In this document: piece after piece, positions 20,903 to 32,700 of the stretch
Layout: each line of letters starts with the position of its first letter
Position numbering within the stretch: the first letter of the stretch is position 1
Assembly (NCBI GenBank): GCA_963727805.1
Contig: CAVSHF010000003.1
Coordinates: forward strand, 2,336,001-2,400,000
Source: an uncultured Nitrospiraceae bacterium
GTDB lineage: Bacteria > Nitrospirota > Thermodesulfovibrionia > Thermodesulfovibrionales > Dissulfurispiraceae
Direction of reading: 5' to 3'
DNA length: 64,000 bases
Notes under the pieces: model-generated
Databases searched by the model: none
What the model saw: only the letters and a program-made list of their open reading frames with translations
What the model was told of the DNA's origin: nothing
Position numbers and translations under genes: made by a program

Positions 20903-22024
20903 TTAGTAAAACAACTCAAACCTTCTTGTCCTTATGTTTATCAGAATGCCTGCGGCAAGGAAGTTGCTGAGCAAAGACGTCCCTCCGTAGCTGAGAAAAG
21001 GAAGCGGTATCCCGACAACCGGCATCATGCCGAGTGTCATCCCGATATTGACGACGAAATAAACGAAGAACATGGCTGTTATCCCGATGGCCATCAGCCT
21101 TCCTACTTCATCCTTGGCCTTCGCAGCGGTGTCCAGACCTCGAAGGAAAAGGAGTAAATAAATGCCTAGCAGGCTCAGGCATCCGGCAAATCCCCACTCC
21201 TCCGAGAAAACGGCAAAGATAAAATCAGTGTGCTTTTCGGGGAGGAACCTGAGAGGACCTTGTGTGCCGTTCAAATAGCCTTTTCCAATAAGCTCACCAG
21301 ATCCAATAGCAATTTTCGATTGACTGATGTGATACCCGATGCCTGTGGGATCAACCTCCGGATCCATGAAAGCGATCAGGCGATTCTTCTGATAATCCTT
21401 CAGTCCGTCCCAGAATATATGACCCACAAACGGAATGGCAATAAGTCCGAAAAGAAGGGCAAGGACTATAATCTTTTGGCTGATCCCCTTTGAAATCGCG
21501 AGTACCGAAAAAAGCGCCAGCAGAAGGATAGCAGTCCCGAGGTCGGGCTGTTTAATCAGTAAAATGAGCGGAATCAACCCGAAGACGATCACGCCTCTCA
21601 GCGGTATCCTACCTGTGCTGTCTTTGCCGAGATTGGAGAGATAGGACGCGAAGGCGATAATAAATAATATCCTGAAAAACTCTGACGGCTGGAACGATAA
21701 CAAGCCGAGGTTGAGCCATCTTTGGGCGCCCATGCTTGTCTTGCCCAGAACAAGGACAACAAGCAGAAGGAGAATCCCGACACCATAGAGAGGATAGGAA
21801 AGCCGGTACAGCCAGATGTAATCAAACAAGGTAATGACAATGAGGGCGACGATACTCAATGCAAGCCAAATCAACTGCTTCATGTAGAAATCGGCCTGCC
21901 CCCCCATCCCTATCAGGGGTCTTGTGGCGCTGTAAATCGTCATCACTCCGATGAGCGTTAGCACAATAATAATTAGGAGTGTTATCCAGTCGAAATTTTT
22001 TATAAGTCTTCTATCTATCTGCAT
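20903..22024 (-). CDS. rodA: Rod shape-determining SEDS glycosyltransferase RodA
   Basis: GAQRW, QPSEF, QPDLGT, LPEKHTDFIF, LSYGGTS. Confidence 0.95.
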   Translation of the reverse strand: MQIDRRLIKNFDWITLLIIIVLTLIGVMTIYSATRPLIGMGGQADFYMKQLIWLALSIVALIVITLFDYIWLYRLSYPLYGVGILLLLVVLVLGKTSMGAQRWLNLGLLSFQPSEFFRILFIIAFASYLSNLGKDSTGRIPLRGVIVFGLIPLILLIKQPDLGTAILLLALFSVLAISKGISQKIIVLALLFGLIAIPFVGHIFWDGLKDYQKNRLIAFMDPEVDPTGIGYHISQSKIAIGSGELIGKGYLNGTQGPLRFLPEKHTDFIFAVFSEEWGFAGCLSLLGIYLLLFLRGLDTAAKAKDEVGRLMAIGITAMFFVYFVVNIGMTLGMMPVVGIPLPFLSYGGTSLLSNFLAAGILINIRTRRFELFY

Positions 22025-23834
22025 TATCGCTTTCTTCCAAACCCGCTGCTTTTACTTTTGTAGTCCCGCCCTTTGCAGCAGCAATCTTTTCTTTGCCCTG
22101 GCCTTTGTTCAGAAAATAAGCCTCTATCGCCTTCTTGGCCATAGGGGCCGCAGCGGAGCCGCCGTGTCCTCCATGCTCAACAAAGACGGAAAGGGCAATC
22201 TCAGGATTGTCGATGGGAGCAACTGCGACAAACCAGGCATGGTCCATATACTTCTCGCCCGAGAGGCCCTTATTCTTTCCCACCACCTGCGCAGTGCCGG
22301 TCTTTCCCCCGATTTTCACAATCGTCGATTGTGCAACCCGTGCAGTACCTCCCTCCTCGTTCACAACCGCTGAAAGACCCTCTCTAAGGAGTTGCAAGGT
22401 TTCAGGTTTCAAATCGATCTTTGACCGCTGTTGTATATCCTTGGGGTCCTTGATCAAAGTGGGCTTTAGCACTCTTCCTCCGTTTGATATCGCGGCGGTC
22501 ATCAGTGCGAGCTGTATCGGTGTTACCGCAACATATCCCTGTCCGATGGCGGCATTCAGGGTTTCGCCGAGATACCAATCTTGTCCCCTCTTGGCCCGTT
22601 TCCATTCGGTGCTCGGGATCAGCCCCTGCCTTTCTTTCTGCAATCCCAAGCCGGTATCGGTGCCGAGTCCGAGTGCGGTGGCGTATTTATGTATTTTGTC
22701 AATCCCGAGCCTTCTTCCTACCTCATAAAAATAGACATCGCAGGATTCCCTGATAGCCTTGTGCAGAGAGACAAGGCCGTGGCCTCCATGTCTCCAACAC
22801 CCGAAGGTCCATTTGCCGTAGCTGATGCCCCCCGTGCAGTTGACCTTCGACTCGGGAGTGATAACACCCTCTTCAAGGCCAGCTACAGCCATTATGATTT
22901 TGAAAGTTGAGCCAGGTGGATACTGGCTCTGCAACGCCCTGTTCATCATCGGTTTGTGTTTGTCCTCGATCAAAGAGTTCCAGTCTTCAGAGGAGATTCC
23001 ATGGGCAAACTGGTTTGGATCGAATGAGGGCAGGCTCTCAAGTGCGAGAACCTCTCCCGTGTTGACCTTGAAGGCAACAAGCGCTCCTGCCTTTTCACCG
23101 AAAGCGTCTTCGACTGCCTTCTGCATTCCGATATCAATGCTGAGCGTTATGTCCTTGCCCTTTTCCGCAAGCTTCTCGTCTAAAAGCCTATGCTCCCTGC
23201 CGAGGGCGTCAACCTCTATGACTTTTCCCCCGGCTACGCCCCTGAGCTGGCTGTCATAAAGAGCCTCGACCCCCCACTGTCCAACGAGGGTATCAGGCGG
23301 AAGGTTGAGAAATTCAGGAGATTCAGATTGTGCTGGAGTCATCTTTCCTAGATAGCCTATGATATGGGCGCCCACCTTCCCAAAAGGATATGCTCTGCCA
23401 ACGTCTGTCTGGATATAAAGGCCGGGGAAGTCTGACCTCCGCGCCTCGAGGCGCGCAACCTCCTGGAAGCTTAGACCGTGCTTGAGCTCGATTGGAACAA
23501 AAGGGCTGTTGTCCTTTCTCGTCAATTTAGCCTCTATCTCCTGCTTTTCAAGGCCGACGAGGGATGAGAGGGTCTCGGTGTCTACGCCCTTCGCCGGATC
23601 GTACATAATGTAAACACTGTACATCGGGATATTCTTTACGAGAGGGATGCCGTTTCTGTCTAATATAATGCCGCGAGGCGCGGGCGTGCTCATTATCTTC
23701 AGCCTATTACCTTCCGACAGCTTGCGGTATTTGTCCCCTTCGAGCACCTGCAGCTGCATGAGGCGCAGGCACATAAGCACAAAGATGCCGGCAATAATGA
23801 AAACGCCTAATTGTATCTTTTTCCGCGTATCCAT
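22011..23834 (-). CDS. mrdA: Penicillin-binding protein 2
   Basis: PAPRGIILDRNG, SxxK (PGSTFK), SCD, KTGTAQ; start at ATG 23834. Confidence 0.95.
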   Translation of the reverse strand: MDTRKKIQLGVFIIAGIFVLMCLRLMQLQVLEGDKYRKLSEGNRLKIMSTPAPRGIILDRNGIPLVKNIPMYSVYIMYDPAKGVDTETLSSLVGLEKQEIEAKLTRKDNSPFVPIELKHGLSFQEVARLEARRSDFPGLYIQTDVGRAYPFGKVGAHIIGYLGKMTPAQSESPEFLNLPPDTLVGQWGVEALYDSQLRGVAGGKVIEVDALGREHRLLDEKLAEKGKDITLSIDIGMQKAVEDAFGEKAGALVAFKVNTGEVLALESLPSFDPNQFAHGISSEDWNSLIEDKHKPMMNRALQSQYPPGSTFKIIMAVAGLEEGVITPESKVNCTGGISYGKWTFGCWRHGGHGLVSLHKAIRESCDVYFYEVGRRLGIDKIHKYATALGLGTDTGLGLQKERQGLIPSTEWKRAKRGQDWYLGETLNAAIGQGYVAVTPIQLALMTAAISNGGRVLKPTLIKDPKDIQQRSKIDLKPETLQLLREGLSAVVNEEGGTARVAQSTIVKIGGKTGTAQVVGKNKGLSGEKYMDHAWFVAVAPIDNPEIALSVFVEHGGHGGSAAAPMAKKAIEAYFLNKGQGKEKIAAAKGGTTKVKAAGLEESDNADR

Positions 23835-24349
23835 AAGCGTCTCGGTGTGACAATATTTTGCCCTGGTTTGAGAACAAGGCCGATAGGGATATTCATAATA
23901 GCCTGGATGATTATGAGCTCGACTACAGCGGGACCGCCAATCGCCGTATTCGAAAAGAGCTGCCTTGCGGCAATAACAACAAGACCGTCCAATAGTGTAA
24001 AGACAGTAAGGACTACGCCACCGAGAACAGATTCCCACTGGAAAAAAATATCTCTATAGACAATGCTGCTCATGAATCCTACCAGCCCCTTGCTCAACAG
24101 ATTCGGACCTATGATTGAGCCGATCATAGCGTCTTCAATGAGTCCAACCCCCGCGCCAAAAAGAGTACTCCTGATCTCCGGGGTAACGTCATCGGAACCG
24201 GAAGCGGCCGGCTGATAGGAGGCGGTTCTAATACCGAAGACGTAAACAAGCGCTAGCGTAAGATTGAGCGGACAATCAAAAAGCGCAAGTTTTGGCTGTA
24301 GAAGAAGGACGAATGCGGTGAAGAAAACCCAGATAAATGATACCATCAC
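23807..24349 (-). CDS. mreD: Rod shape-determining protein MreD
   Basis: Hydrophobic, G..GLIED motif; lies between mreC and mrdA. Confidence 0.75.
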   Translation of the reverse strand: MMVSFIWVFFTAFVLLLQPKLALFDCPLNLTLALVYVFGIRTASYQPAASGSDDVTPEIRSTLFGAGVGLIEDAMIGSIIGPNLLSKGLVGFMSSIVYRDIFFQWESVLGGVVLTVFTLLDGLVVIAARQLFSNTAIGGPAVVELIIIQAIMNIPIGLVLKPGQNIVTPRRLWIRGKRYN

Positions 24350-25200
24350 TGTCCTCCCTTAGCGGGGGCTGCCGACTGGTCAGCAGCCAGGGGAGGTCTC
24401 TTGAATTCGGCAGATCGTCCAATAACCACTACCTCCTCGATTTTCGACGAGGACTGGAAGGGGACTACTTCTACGTACTGGAAGAACTCGACTCCTTCGG
24501 TCCGTACCTTTGCCACCCTGCCTACCGGTATTCCCTGCGGGAAGATACCGTCGAGTCCGGAGGTGATAACAATCTCCCCTTCCTTGATCGTTTCTTCCGT
24601 CGGTACGTATTTCAGGATGCAATACCGATGTCCGGTACCAGCGAGCACCCCTTCGTGCCGGCCCTCCTGAAGCCTGACCGCAACAGAAAAATTCGGATCG
24701 GTCAAGAGCATGATGTCAGCAAAATTATCTCTCACTGCGGACACCTTCCCTGCCAGTCCCTTTGGGGTAATCGCGGACATATCTTTCATGATCCCTTCGT
24801 TTTTCCCCTTATCGATGACAAGTGTATTCATAAACTTATCGTATCCGCGGGCGATAACGCGGGCTGCTATCCCGCTTCCCCGAATCTGACTCCTGAGATC
24901 GAGTAGCTCGTGAAGTCTCCTGTTTTCGCTAAGGATTTCCCCGTATCTCTGCCGCTCAGCCAGGCTGTTCCGCAGCTCGGCCTTGAGTTTCTTATTCTCA
25001 TCGGCGGTATTCATTACCTCATTTACCGCAGCGGATAGTGAGGACATTAGTCCATTCATAGCATCATATGGATAGGAAAGGGGTTTCAGGATCCCTGGCG
25101 CACCGTCATGCTGACGATAAATAGGCATCAAGACAAGGGCTGCGAGGACGAGGACTACAACGATAAGCAGCCTTTTTCTGGACCGAGACATTAACGACAT
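24346..25200 (-). CDS. mreC: Rod shape-determining protein MreC
   Basis: TM + coiled coil ENRRLHELL, IDKG, TSGLDGIFPQGIPVG. Confidence 0.93.
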   Translation of the reverse strand: MSLMSRSRKRLLIVVVLVLAALVLMPIYRQHDGAPGILKPLSYPYDAMNGLMSSLSAAVNEVMNTADENKKLKAELRNSLAERQRYGEILSENRRLHELLDLRSQIRGSGIAARVIARGYDKFMNTLVIDKGKNEGIMKDMSAITPKGLAGKVSAVRDNFADIMLLTDPNFSVAVRLQEGRHEGVLAGTGHRYCILKYVPTEETIKEGEIVITSGLDGIFPQGIPVGRVAKVRTEGVEFFQYVEVVPFQSSSKIEEVVVIGRSAEFKRPPLAADQSAAPAKGGQ

Positions 25201-26231
25201 TAATTAGTGGCTATGGCGATTTTCTTGAGCAATTCCAACTTATCTAGCATAGCTCCGCATCCCCTTACGACCGCAGTGAGCGGATCGTCAGGAACGATAA
25301 CTGGAACTCCGGTATGCTCCCTGATCAGGATATCGAGCCCTTTGAGCAGTGCCCCTCCGCCGGCAAGCACGATACCGCGGTCAACGATGTCGGCAGCAAG
25401 CTCCGGAGGTGTATTTTCGAGAGTGACCTTGATCGTATCCAGGATCATGACAACGCTATCCTGAAGGGCCTCTCTGACCTCTTCTTCGGTGACATTGATC
25501 GCCTTCGGGATCCCCGAAATGAGGTCTCTTCCCTTCACTTCAATAGTCGGAATCTTCTCAGTAGGGTAAGCCGAGCCGCACTCGATCTTGATCATCTCGG
25601 CAGTCCTGTCCCCGATCATCAGATTGTATTTGCGCTTAATGTAAGCGATAATTGCCTCGTCCATCTTATCGCCACCAACCCGAACTGCCTTGCTGAAGAC
25701 GATCCCGTCCAGGGATATTATGGCAACGTCGGTCGTTCCTCCGCCGATATCAACTATCATGTTACCAAAAGGCTCTCCAACAGGAAGCCCGACGCCTAAT
25801 GCAGCGGCCATCGGTTCTTCTATCAGATAGACCTCCCGCGCCCCGGAGGCGTGGGCAGCATCCTTTACCGCTCGCTGTTCTACTTGGGTGATACCGGAAG
25901 GCACTCCGATGATCACGCGGGGAGAGATAAAGCTTTTCCGGTGATGCACCTTGGTGATGAAATATTTGAGCATCTCTTCCGTCGCGTCGAAATCAGCGAT
26001 AACGCCGTCTTTCATTGGACGGATCGTCATTATGTTAGCGGGGGTTTTTCCGACCATCTCCTTTGCCTCGAGTCCGACAGCGATCGGCTTCTTGTTGTCC
26101 CTGCGAACGACAACGACCGAAGGCTCACTGCAAATTATCCCTCTCCCCCTTACATAAACAAGTGTATTCGCAGTACCTAGATCTATGGCAAGATCATTCG
26201 AAAACATACCCATAATTTTATTGAAAAACAC
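25200..26231 (-). CDS. mreB: Actin-like MreB
   Basis: DLAIDLGTANT, EEPMAAA, DIGGGTT, GGGALL. Confidence 0.98.
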   Translation of the reverse strand: MFFNKIMGMFSNDLAIDLGTANTLVYVRGRGIICSEPSVVVVRRDNKKPIAVGLEAKEMVGKTPANIMTIRPMKDGVIADFDATEEMLKYFITKVHHRKSFISPRVIIGVPSGITQVEQRAVKDAAHASGAREVYLIEEPMAAALGVGLPVGEPFGNMIVDIGGGTTDVAIISLDGIVFSKAVRVGGDKMDEAIIAYIKRKYNLMIGDRTAEMIKIECGSAYPTEKIPTIEVKGRDLISGIPKAINVTEEEVREALQDSVVMILDTIKVTLENTPPELAADIVDRGIVLAGGGALLKGLDILIREHTGVPVIVPDDPLTAVVRGCGAMLDKLELLKKIAIATN

Positions 26232-26297
26232 AGAAACCTCCTCTTAACTACATTCCATCATTCTGAAAAATAAAGGTTATCGATAAGCAGCAAAAAC

Positions 26298-26702
26298 TTA
26301 GCCTTCAACAACCTTCGTGCCGGCAAGATCATCGCCGAGCCTCATGCCCTCACTGTTGCCGAGTGTCAGGAGGAATTCGAAGGTCAGGATGAGCACCGGA
26401 AAGATCCACCCGGCGAGTGGAATGTTGAAAAACAACATCGCCGCAGCGAATGGCGCATTCCGAATCATCGAGTCCCTGAAACTTCCCTGGGCCCCCGCCG
26501 AAGACGAAATGACGCGTAATCGCATTATCTTTTTACCGAGACTCCTGCCGTCAAAAAGACCATCGCCTATCAGCAAATAAGCCAGGCCGGCAAGAAAACC
26601 AACCTGGGGGACCGCCCTGACCGCAGCGGCAATGACGATAAAATCAAGCGCCTTTGCCATTGCTCTCAGCAGCAAACTTGCCTTCAACAGGCCTTCCGAC
26701 AT
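26298..26702 (-). CDS. RDD-family membrane protein
   Basis: ASLLLRAMAKALD, GRSLGKKIMRLRV, RLGDDLAGTKVV. Confidence 0.85.
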   Translation of the reverse strand: MSEGLLKASLLLRAMAKALDFIVIAAAVRAVPQVGFLAGLAYLLIGDGLFDGRSLGKKIMRLRVISSSAGAQGSFRDSMIRNAPFAAAMLFFNIPLAGWIFPVLILTFEFLLTLGNSEGMRLGDDLAGTKVVEG

Positions 26703-27065
26703 CTTTAATAGTAGCAGACTTCCCGTTGCTTTTTCAAGGAACTCCGTCAACTTAAGCCCATGATTTTATGTTGAAAATAGGAGGCAAGCGAAATACGCTC
26801 TGATCTTCCACAATCCGCAACTTCTCACAAATGAGATATACCTATGTACCCTCTATTTATGCTATACTTTCGTGAATTAACCATACTATAAATATATTAA
26901 CTGATAGCTCGGGGGCTTATAGTGATATGTGCAAGCCGATATACGGTTCTGTTCCACCTTGTTTTTTCCCTGTTTATAGCAATCCCTTCACTCTCCTTTA
27001 CAGGTCTCTTGCGGTTTCTATTGTATACTGAGATGCCTGTTCATACTACCGACTGAGCCTCCCCC

Positions 27066-27968
27066 ATGGGTTTTTTTGACAAATTAAAGTCCGGCCTTTC
27101 CAAAACCAGGAAAAGTCTTGTCGAGCGCGTCGAAACAATACTTCTGAACAGGACAATCGATGAATCCGTCATTGAGGAAATCGAAGAGATACTCATTTCC
27201 TCCGACGTCGGCACAGAGGCGACAGGACAGATTATCGGCATCCTCAAAGACAAGGTCCGCTCTGGAATAATAAGGGATGTCGCTAACGTCAAAGTAGCGA
27301 TCAAGGAAGAGATGACGGCAATGCTCGGTACTCCGCAGCCTCTTGTCCTTTCGGCTAAACCCTCGATAATCCTTACCATAGGAGTAAACGGCGTGGGCAA
27401 GACAACCACAATCGGGAAGCTTGCTTCGCGGTTCAGGGCAGAGGGGAAAAAAGTCATGATTGCTGCCGGGGATACCTTCAGGGCCGCCGCAATAGAGCAG
27501 CTCGACATCTGGGCTCAACGAACAGGAGCGGAAATCATAAAGCATCAGAGCGGCTCTGACCCCGCCGCCGTCGCCTTCGACGCAGTGGAAGCGGCGAAGC
27601 ACAGGGGTAGCGACGTCGTCATCATTGACACTGCAGGAAGGCTCCACACGAAGAGCCCACTCATGGACGAACTTAAAAAAATAAACCGCGTCATCAAGAA
27701 AGCTATTCCTGACGCCCCTCATGAGAAACTCCTCGTCATCGATGCGACCACAGGCCAGAACGCCCTTCGCCAGGCGAAGATTTTCGACGAGGCAATTGGC
27801 TTGACCGGTATCGCGCTCACTAAGCTCGACGGCACGGCAAAGGGTGGCATCATCTTTGCAATTCAGAAAGAGTTGAATATCCCAGTAAAGTTGATCGGCA
27901 TCGGCGAGGGAATCGAGGACCTGAGGGACTTCGATCCCCACGATTTCGTTGCCGCACTCTTTGAGTAA
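27066..27968 (+). CDS. ftsY: SRP receptor FtsY
   Basis: GVNGVGKTTT, DTFRAAA, DTAGR, TKLDGTAKGG. Confidence 0.98.
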   Translation: MGFFDKLKSGLSKTRKSLVERVETILLNRTIDESVIEEIEEILISSDVGTEATGQIIGILKDKVRSGIIRDVANVKVAIKEEMTAMLGTPQPLVLSAKPSIILTIGVNGVGKTTTIGKLASRFRAEGKKVMIAAGDTFRAAAIEQLDIWAQRTGAEIIKHQSGSDPAAVAFDAVEAAKHRGSDVVIIDTAGRLHTKSPLMDELKKINRVIKKAIPDAPHEKLLVIDATTGQNALRQAKIFDEAIGLTGIALTKLDGTAKGGIIFAIQKELNIPVKLIGIGEGIEDLRDFDPHDFVAALFE

Positions 27969-28073
27969 TAAAATCTGTAAGCTGAGGCCCTAAAGGGTCA
28001 GAATGTATTACTCGACAATCAGGAGTGCGTATACAGCGAGAGTTCAGACCCTGTTCTTTCCTTATTATCCGAA

Positions 28074-28739
28074 TTATCCGAAATTTCCCCTAGCTACATT
28101 CTTGCGCGTCAGGTCGATAATATCAGTGATACCGTATTCATCGAATTGGTCAAAGAGCACCTTGCTCCCGTCACGGATCTTCATCTTCATTTCATCTTCG
28201 TAGAGCGGCACGATGCTATAGAAGCGGATAGTTTTCTCATCGTTGATCCTTAACTCATGGAACTCCCTGGGCACAAGTATCGAGGGGAAAATTATTACTC
28301 CTGATAGTTGCGTGTTCGCGGCAAAGGGCCTTGGAGGATTGCCGTTCGGAATGGTATGTCCCCAACCCAACCAGGTGTCATATCTGTGCGGGAAACGTGC
28401 CAATATTTTCAGAAGACGGACAGGCCAGTACCAGTCCTCTGTCTTAAGACATTCCTGATCCAATTTCCACTCCCGGGGCAATACGACCATGAGCTCGATA
28501 TAGCGCGGCACTTTCGCATCAGGCGGGACCTTCATCGGAAAATCGCTCATCCCCGAGGTAACAAGGATGTTGAAAGGGTTCTCTGTTGTGGGTCTCACTT
28601 GATGGATGTCGATATGCACTGCATCAGACTGGATCTCCTGAAAGACCGCTGCTACTTTCCCGATATATCTTTCGATGTGCCCTGAGATCTCTTCGATACA
28701 GACGTCGCATCGAGTTGACTTGTTATCGGGGGCGTTCAT
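28074..28739 (-). CDS. Suppressor-of-fused (SUFU) domain protein
   Basis: HIDIH, LVTSGMSD, WPVRLLKILARFP, LGWGHTIPNG, IVPLYEDE. Confidence 0.85.
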   Translation of the reverse strand: MNAPDNKSTRCDVCIEEISGHIERYIGKVAAVFQEIQSDAVHIDIHQVRPTTENPFNILVTSGMSDFPMKVPPDAKVPRYIELMVVLPREWKLDQECLKTEDWYWPVRLLKILARFPHRYDTWLGWGHTIPNGNPPRPFAANTQLSGVIIFPSILVPREFHELRINDEKTIRFYSIVPLYEDEMKMKIRDGSKVLFDQFDEYGITDIIDLTRKNVARGNFG

Positions 28740-28744
28740 ACTGA

Positions 28745-29722
28745 TTACTGAACGGGTTGAGTGAAACTCCCGATCTTTTTGATCTTCTTATATCTTTCTT
28801 CGACCAATTTAGCGCAAGGCTTTCCGTGGAGTATTTCGAGAGTTTTAAGGAGGTATTCAGTTATCTTCTTCGCTACTGTTTCTGGTTCACGGTGGGCACC
28901 GCCCAAGGGCTCGGGAATGATATCATCGATGATCTTGAAGCTTTTTAGATCCGTCGCCGTGAGCTTCAGGGCCTCAGCCGCCCTCGAAAAGTCATCGGCA
29001 TTGAGCTCACCATTCTTGCGCCAAAGGATCGCCGCGCATCCTTCAGGGGAAATGACCGAATAGACAGAGTTTTCGAGCATGACGAGCCTGTCGGAAACGC
29101 TCAACCCGAGGGCACCACCACTGCCGCCCTCTCCGATGACGATGGAGACGATCGGTGTTTTTAGCCGCGCCATTTCCATAAGGTTCGTTGCGATGGCCTC
29201 GGCCTGTCCCCGTTCTTCTGCCCCGATGCCAGGATACGCGCCTGGCGTATCGATTAACGTTACCACAGGCTTTTTGAATCTTTCGGCGAGCTTCATAAGA
29301 CGGAGGGCTTTGCGATAGCCTTCGGGATTGGGCTGGCCAAAGTTCCGGTAGATACGATCCTTAGTACTTCTGCCTTTTTGATGGCCTATAATAACCATGG
29401 ATATCCCGCCAATCTTGCCAATACCCCCTACAATCGCAGGGTCATCACCAAACCTCCTGTCGCCATGGAGCTCGACAAAGTCCTCAACCATCATGTCGAT
29501 GTAATCAAGGGTATGGGGCCTCTCGGGATGTCGCGCTATCAAGGTTCTTTGCCATGGGGTTAGCGATGAGAATATTTCCGCCCGCAGGTCTTTGGTCTTC
29601 TTTTCGAGCTTCTTGATCTCGGGGCTTATGTCGAGTTCCTGGCCGTCGGACAGCCTCTTTAGTTCCTCGATCTTCGACTCGAGCTCTTCGAGTGGTTTCT
29701 CGAAGTCAAGATAATACGCCAT
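28745..29722 (-). CDS. accA: Acetyl-CoA carboxylase carboxyltransferase alpha
   Basis: [36 protein letters not shown]. Confidence 0.98.
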   Translation of the reverse strand: MAYYLDFEKPLEELESKIEELKRLSDGQELDISPEIKKLEKKTKDLRAEIFSSLTPWQRTLIARHPERPHTLDYIDMMVEDFVELHGDRRFGDDPAIVGGIGKIGGISMVIIGHQKGRSTKDRIYRNFGQPNPEGYRKALRLMKLAERFKKPVVTLIDTPGAYPGIGAEERGQAEAIATNLMEMARLKTPIVSIVIGEGGSGGALGLSVSDRLVMLENSVYSVISPEGCAAILWRKNGELNADDFSRAAEALKLTATDLKSFKIIDDIIPEPLGGAHREPETVAKKITEYLLKTLEILHGKPCAKLVEERYKKIKKIGSFTQPVQ

Positions 29723-29738
29723 TCATTTCTCCTGTCAT

Positions 29739-32700
29739 TTATGTGACCCTGACCCGTTCACCTGTCAGCCTTTCTACTTCCGCGGCAAAATTGCCGCATG
29801 GCTCAAGCTGAGAAACGATAATGATGCGGAAATCCTTCATAGTCAGTTTCAGTTCGAATGTACCATGTTCTTTTCCGTTTGCGGGGAGTGCAAGCAATCC
29901 CCTGATGCTCTTCAGCTTGTCAAGTGTGTCATTCCGATCGCCCTTTAATGATACCTCATACTTAAGCGCAATCTCCATCCCGGAGATGTCCTGGATCTCG
30001 CGTGCGATGAGCTTGGCCCCCTTGTCTGCCTTCGTCAGCTGCCCTCTGATCAGCATGACGCTGCCTTTTTTCAGCATCTCCGCATTTTTCCGATAGAGGT
30101 CCGAAAAAGTAAGGGCTTCAACACTGCCGGTTTCGTCTTCAAGAAGAATGTATGCGGTAATGCTCTTTTCTTTGGCGCGGGTTTTGATGTCGCTAATGAT
30201 GCCGGCTATGGTGATATCGGTCCTTTCCTCAAAATAACTCTTGCCATCGGCGGGCTGTTCTGAAGACTGCTCCTGTAGTTCGGAGATGGCGGATATCGGG
30301 GTCACGTTCATCTTCGAAAGGGTCTTCCGGTATCGTGTCATCGGGTGACCCGACAGGTAAAACCCGAGGGCCTCCTTTTCATAACCGAGAAGCGTGTTCT
30401 CATCCCAGGCCTGGGAGCTCTCCCGGGCAGGCTCCATGTCACCGAACAGGCCCGGTCCCTTGTCGACCGTCTTGCCCTGCAAAGCAAAGGCATCGATTGC
30501 CATTGCCCTTATATGCGCGGAGCTGAGGGAGTGGCAGATCCCGTCTCCCGGCGTTTTAGGCGACCGCCGGAAAAGAGAATCAAAGGCCCCTGCCTTGATT
30601 AGGCTTTCGACCACTTTCTTATTGACCTTCTTGTTGTCGATTCTCGCAAGGAAATTATCGAATGTTTCAAAGATGCCCTTTTCGCGTTCAGCAAGGATAA
30701 TCTCGATTGCAGCACCCCCCACCCCTTTCACTGCTTCGAGCCCGAACCTGACCGAGCTGCCATCTATCTTGAATTCGCGCTCGCTTTCGTTGATATCGGG
30801 TGGCAGCATAGCGATGTTCATGCCCCGGCATTCGTTGATGAGCTTGACGATCCTATCGGTGTCCCCCATGTCGGTGCTGAAGTTGGCCGTCATAAATTCC
30901 ACGGGATAATGGACCTTGAGATAGGCAGTCTGATAGGCAACATAGGCATAGGCAGCTGAGTGGGACTTGTTGAAGCCGTATTGAGCAAAGGGCTCCATCT
31001 TTTCGAAGAGTTCCTTGGCCTGCTTTTCGGCAATACCATTATTCTTCGCACCCGCGATGAAGTCCTCCTTCTGCTTCGCCATTTCTTCGGGTTTTTTCTT
31101 GCCCATAGCGCGTCGCAACAAATCGGCCTGCCCCATCGAGAAGCTGGCGATCTTGTTGGCGATCATCATGACCTGTTCCTGATAGAGGATGATGCCGTAA
31201 GTCTCGTCGAGTATCTCCTTCAATTGCGGAAGTTCGTAAGTGACCTCGGCTTCACCTTTTTTATTCTTGATGAAATCATCGATCCACCCCATAGGACCAG
31301 GTCGGTACAAGGCGACGAGAGCGATAAGGTCTTCGAACCGGTTCGGCAGCATCCTTACAAGGATGTCTCTCATACCAGCACTTTCGAGCTGGAATATGCC
31401 CGTTGTCTCGCCCGAGGTCAGGAACTTATATGTTGCCTCATCGTCAACGGGGATTTCGCAAAGAGCAATATCTCCACCCTGCTGTTTTATGAATTGTACG
31501 GTCTTGTCCATAATCGTGAGAGTCTTTAGTCCCAAAAAGTCGAACTTGAGAAGCCCCATGCTCTCAATTGACTTCATGTCGAACTGTGTAGTGACCACAT
31601 CTTCGGCAGGGTTCTTGTAGAGCGCGGTGAAATATGTGAGCGGCTCGGGAGCGATCACCACTCCCGCCGCGTGAGTCGAGGCGTGGCGTGAAAGCCCTTC
31701 GAGTCTCTTGGCAATGTCGATCATTTCCTTCATCTGAGGATTTGTATCATAAATCTCCCTCAACCTTGGCTCAACCTTAAGGGCGTCATCAAGGCACTTG
31801 ACCTCGGGGCCCACAGGAATGAGTTTGGCTATCTTGTCCACCTCGACATAGGGAATTTCCAGCACACGCCCCACATCCCTCACCGCCGCCTTGGAAGCCA
31901 TCGTCCCGAAGGTTATGATCTGAGCCACGTTGTCCTTGCCGTATTTGTCGGAGACGTAGGTTATAACCTCCTGGCGCCGGTCCTTGCAGAAGTCGACGTC
32001 GATATCGGGCATGCTTATCCGATCAGGATTCAGAAACCGCTCAAATAGGAGATTGTATTTGATCGGATCAAGCTCGGTGATGCTCAAGCAGTAGGCCACC
32101 AGGCTGCCTGCAGCCGATCCTCTGCCTGGTCCGACAGGAATCCCTTTGCTTTTTGCGTACTTGATAAAGTCCCATACAATAAGAAAATAGGATGAAAATC
32201 CCATCTTCTTTATGACCTCAAGCTCCATTGTGAGCCTGTCGATATACCCCTGGTCCGGTGCACCTTTGAACTTCGTGTTGAGTCCTTCAAGCGCCAGCTT
32301 TTCGAGATAGGCAGAGGGCCTTTGCCCGTCAGGGGGCGTATAACGTGGCAGGAGGAACTTGCCGAGTTCGAACTCGACATTACACCTTTCTGCGATGGCG
32401 ATGGTATTTTGTATCGCTTCAGGCACATCGGGGAAGGCCTTCTTCATCTCCTCGGGTGACTTGAAGTAAAGCTCGTCCGTCGAAAAGCGCATCCTCTTTT
32501 CGTCCTTGAAAGTCTTGCCCGTCTGTATGCAAAGGAGGATATCGTGGGCTCTGGCATCATCCTTCCTTAAATAGTGGCAGTCGTTCGTTGCAACTAACGG
32601 GATATGAAGCTCCTGAGAAAGGGCTATCAGCTTCAAGTTCACCACTTCCTGTTGTGGCATCCCGTTGCTCTGAATTTCAAGATAGAAATTCTCGGGCCCG

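Noticed and set aside
27084..27941. Long antisense ORFs such as those opposite ftsY, the P1B ATPase, gyrA and porA/porB
   Set aside because: Shadow frames of conserved genes with no recognisable motifs.
28074..28739. SUFU gene as part of a toxin-immunity locus
   Set aside because: No adjacent toxin or secretion genes; it is a lone gene after accA.
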